Of a stretch of DNA of 36,671 nucleotides, positions 35,174 through 36,671 are shown in pieces (the stretch's first letter is position 1; each line of letters opens with the position of its first letter). The stretch is from Perkinsus olseni. Taxonomy: Eukaryota. The notes under the pieces were generated by a model. That model had not been told where the DNA came from. It was given only the letters and a program-made list of their open reading frames with translations, and did not search any database. The position numbers and the translations under genes are program-made. The stretch covers positions 1 to 36,671 of the forward strand of contig JABANN010000347.1 in the NCBI GenBank assembly GCA_013115125.1, given 5' to 3'.

Positions 35174-35360
35174 GCAGCGACCCTAGCATGTTGAGGAATT
35201 TATGGTATGTAAACTCGTCACTTCATAATGTCATGCTGTCGTGTGTGCTGGTGCTTACCTTTGCTTGTTTCGTTGCACTCCTCTGTGATGGAATTAGGGT
35301 GGGCGAGAACGGATTGGCGGCACGGAAAATCACCTGTGTCAGGTTCAGCTCTGCCTTGTA

Positions 35361-36575
35361 ATGCTGTTCCTGTTCGCTTCGTCATTTTACATGCTGTACC
35401 TAGCTGAGTCGGATGGGGTCACCTTGCCGTTCCACGATGAATACGGTCACATCGTCCTCGTCCTCGACGGTCACCCCATATCTCTGTTGGCCGATTCTGG
35501 TTCTGCGAGGTTCTTCGTTGTCTATGGGGGATGGTTCGAGAGGCAGTATGGTCGGGGTAGCTGCAGGAGACACAACATGACTTGTTACTTCTGTCCTGTG
35601 GAGGCTCCCTGTGACGATATCGAACAACGCGAGAGGTTCGGTGTGAGGTACGCTGAAGGCCTGGATGTTTACCAGTACGTCCAGCATAGAGCGGTATTAC
35701 ACCTCGGACAGTCAAGTTTACTAATTACCTTTGGTTTACTCGTCAATTACACCACCAAGATCGGTCTCGCTCCCCATTCAACTCTCGGGCTCTCCTTCGG
35801 CCGGGCAGATATCCCCAAGACCTTCCTGCAGCAGATGAAAGACGCTAATGTCATAGACACACTGTCCTACTCTGTCCGCTACAGTCAGGTCAGTCAGTAT
35901 GCAACTGGTACCCTTGTCGTCGGTGGGACGGCGACCGAAGCTCAAGGTACGGCTCATCTTCCTCTGAAGCTCATCCCCGGAGAAAGACGCGGTATACACG
36001 TCTCCATCGTATCCATGACGATTGCTCATGCTGGCGCGAGCCCTGCCGGAGGTGGCTCTGGAAGGCCCACACCAATCTCACTGGACGGTTCCCTGGCCTT
36101 ATTCGATACCGGCACTTGCTGCATCGCGGTGCCTTACCTTGTGATAGCCGCTTTAGTGCGGCATGTGAGAGAGAGAATCGGAACAGACTCGAGAGTGAGA
36201 ACGGTTCTGTTCAGAAAAGACAGCTTATCGAGCTATATCATTCGGTCACACCACGTGAGGTTCCTGCCTGCCATCGTCTACTCCCTGGTTGGAGAAGGAG
36301 GGAAGATTGTTGATGTGAAGATATTTCCCGAACACTATGTCGGGTCCTGCAATGTCATCTGGTGCGAATTACATATTTATGCTCATAATAATGGTGGAGA
36401 GGTAGTTGTGGGAGAGCCCTTCTTTCGTGCCTACGACGCCCACATTGACCTCGAAAATAATACTACTGCGATAACTGCGCATCCGTTAAGGCCGTCCTGG
36501 GAGAAGACGCTCCAGGTTGCCGAACAGCCACGTAGTTCAGGGCCGTATAGAGTTAATCAAGAAGCATGGGAATAG
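35361..36575 (+). CDS. Secreted A1 aspartic protease, copy 3, intronless
   Basis: Signal peptide MLFLFASSFYMLYLAES, LLADSGS, VRYAEG, ALFDTGT, VVGEPFFRAYDAHID. Confidence 0.9.
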   Translation: MLFLFASSFYMLYLAESDGVTLPFHDEYGHIVLVLDGHPISLLADSGSARFFVVYGGWFERQYGRGSCRRHNMTCYFCPVEAPCDDIEQRERFGVRYAEGLDVYQYVQHRAVLHLGQSSLLITFGLLVNYTTKIGLAPHSTLGLSFGRADIPKTFLQQMKDANVIDTLSYSVRYSQVSQYATGTLVVGGTATEAQGTAHLPLKLIPGERRGIHVSIVSMTIAHAGASPAGGGSGRPTPISLDGSLALFDTGTCCIAVPYLVIAALVRHVRERIGTDSRVRTVLFRKDSLSSYIIRSHHVRFLPAIVYSLVGEGGKIVDVKIFPEHYVGSCNVIWCELHIYAHNNGGEVVVGEPFFRAYDAHIDLENNTTAITAHPLRPSWEKTLQVAEQPRSSGPYRVNQEAWE

Positions 36576-36671
36576 TGCTCGGAGACCTCCAGGAGGTCAC
36601 CTCCTCGTGGTTATTCCCGGAAACTCGTCGGATAAGGCTGCTACGGATGTTGTTAAGGCATTATCGTAGCG

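Overview
Gene-dense, intron-rich eukaryotic DNA, most likely a Perkinsus-like alveolate (inferred from short GT-AG introns, expanded intronless aspartic proteases and an xDEL-type BiP; not verified). The confidently called genes form two unidirectional blocks diverging from a ~400 bp gap at 21304-21704. The minus block holds two paralogous multipass membrane genes, CPSF100/CPSF2, a GT61 glycosyltransferase and oligoribonuclease. The plus block holds BiP, an IQ-motif protein, an ankyrin-DHHC palmitoyltransferase, three A1 aspartic proteases with a remnant, and tRNA-Pro(AGG). The first 2.1 kb is a decayed mosaic of Orn, GT61 and aldolase fragments, a possible solo LTR and a 48-bp hairpin minisatellite. 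The most interesting signal is the membrane-gene pair: their first two helices match the Orai/CRAC TM1-loop-TM2 spacing, and one copy has Glu while the other has Lys at the position aligned to the filter Glu. All homology calls are by eye, and exon boundaries were reconstructed manually.
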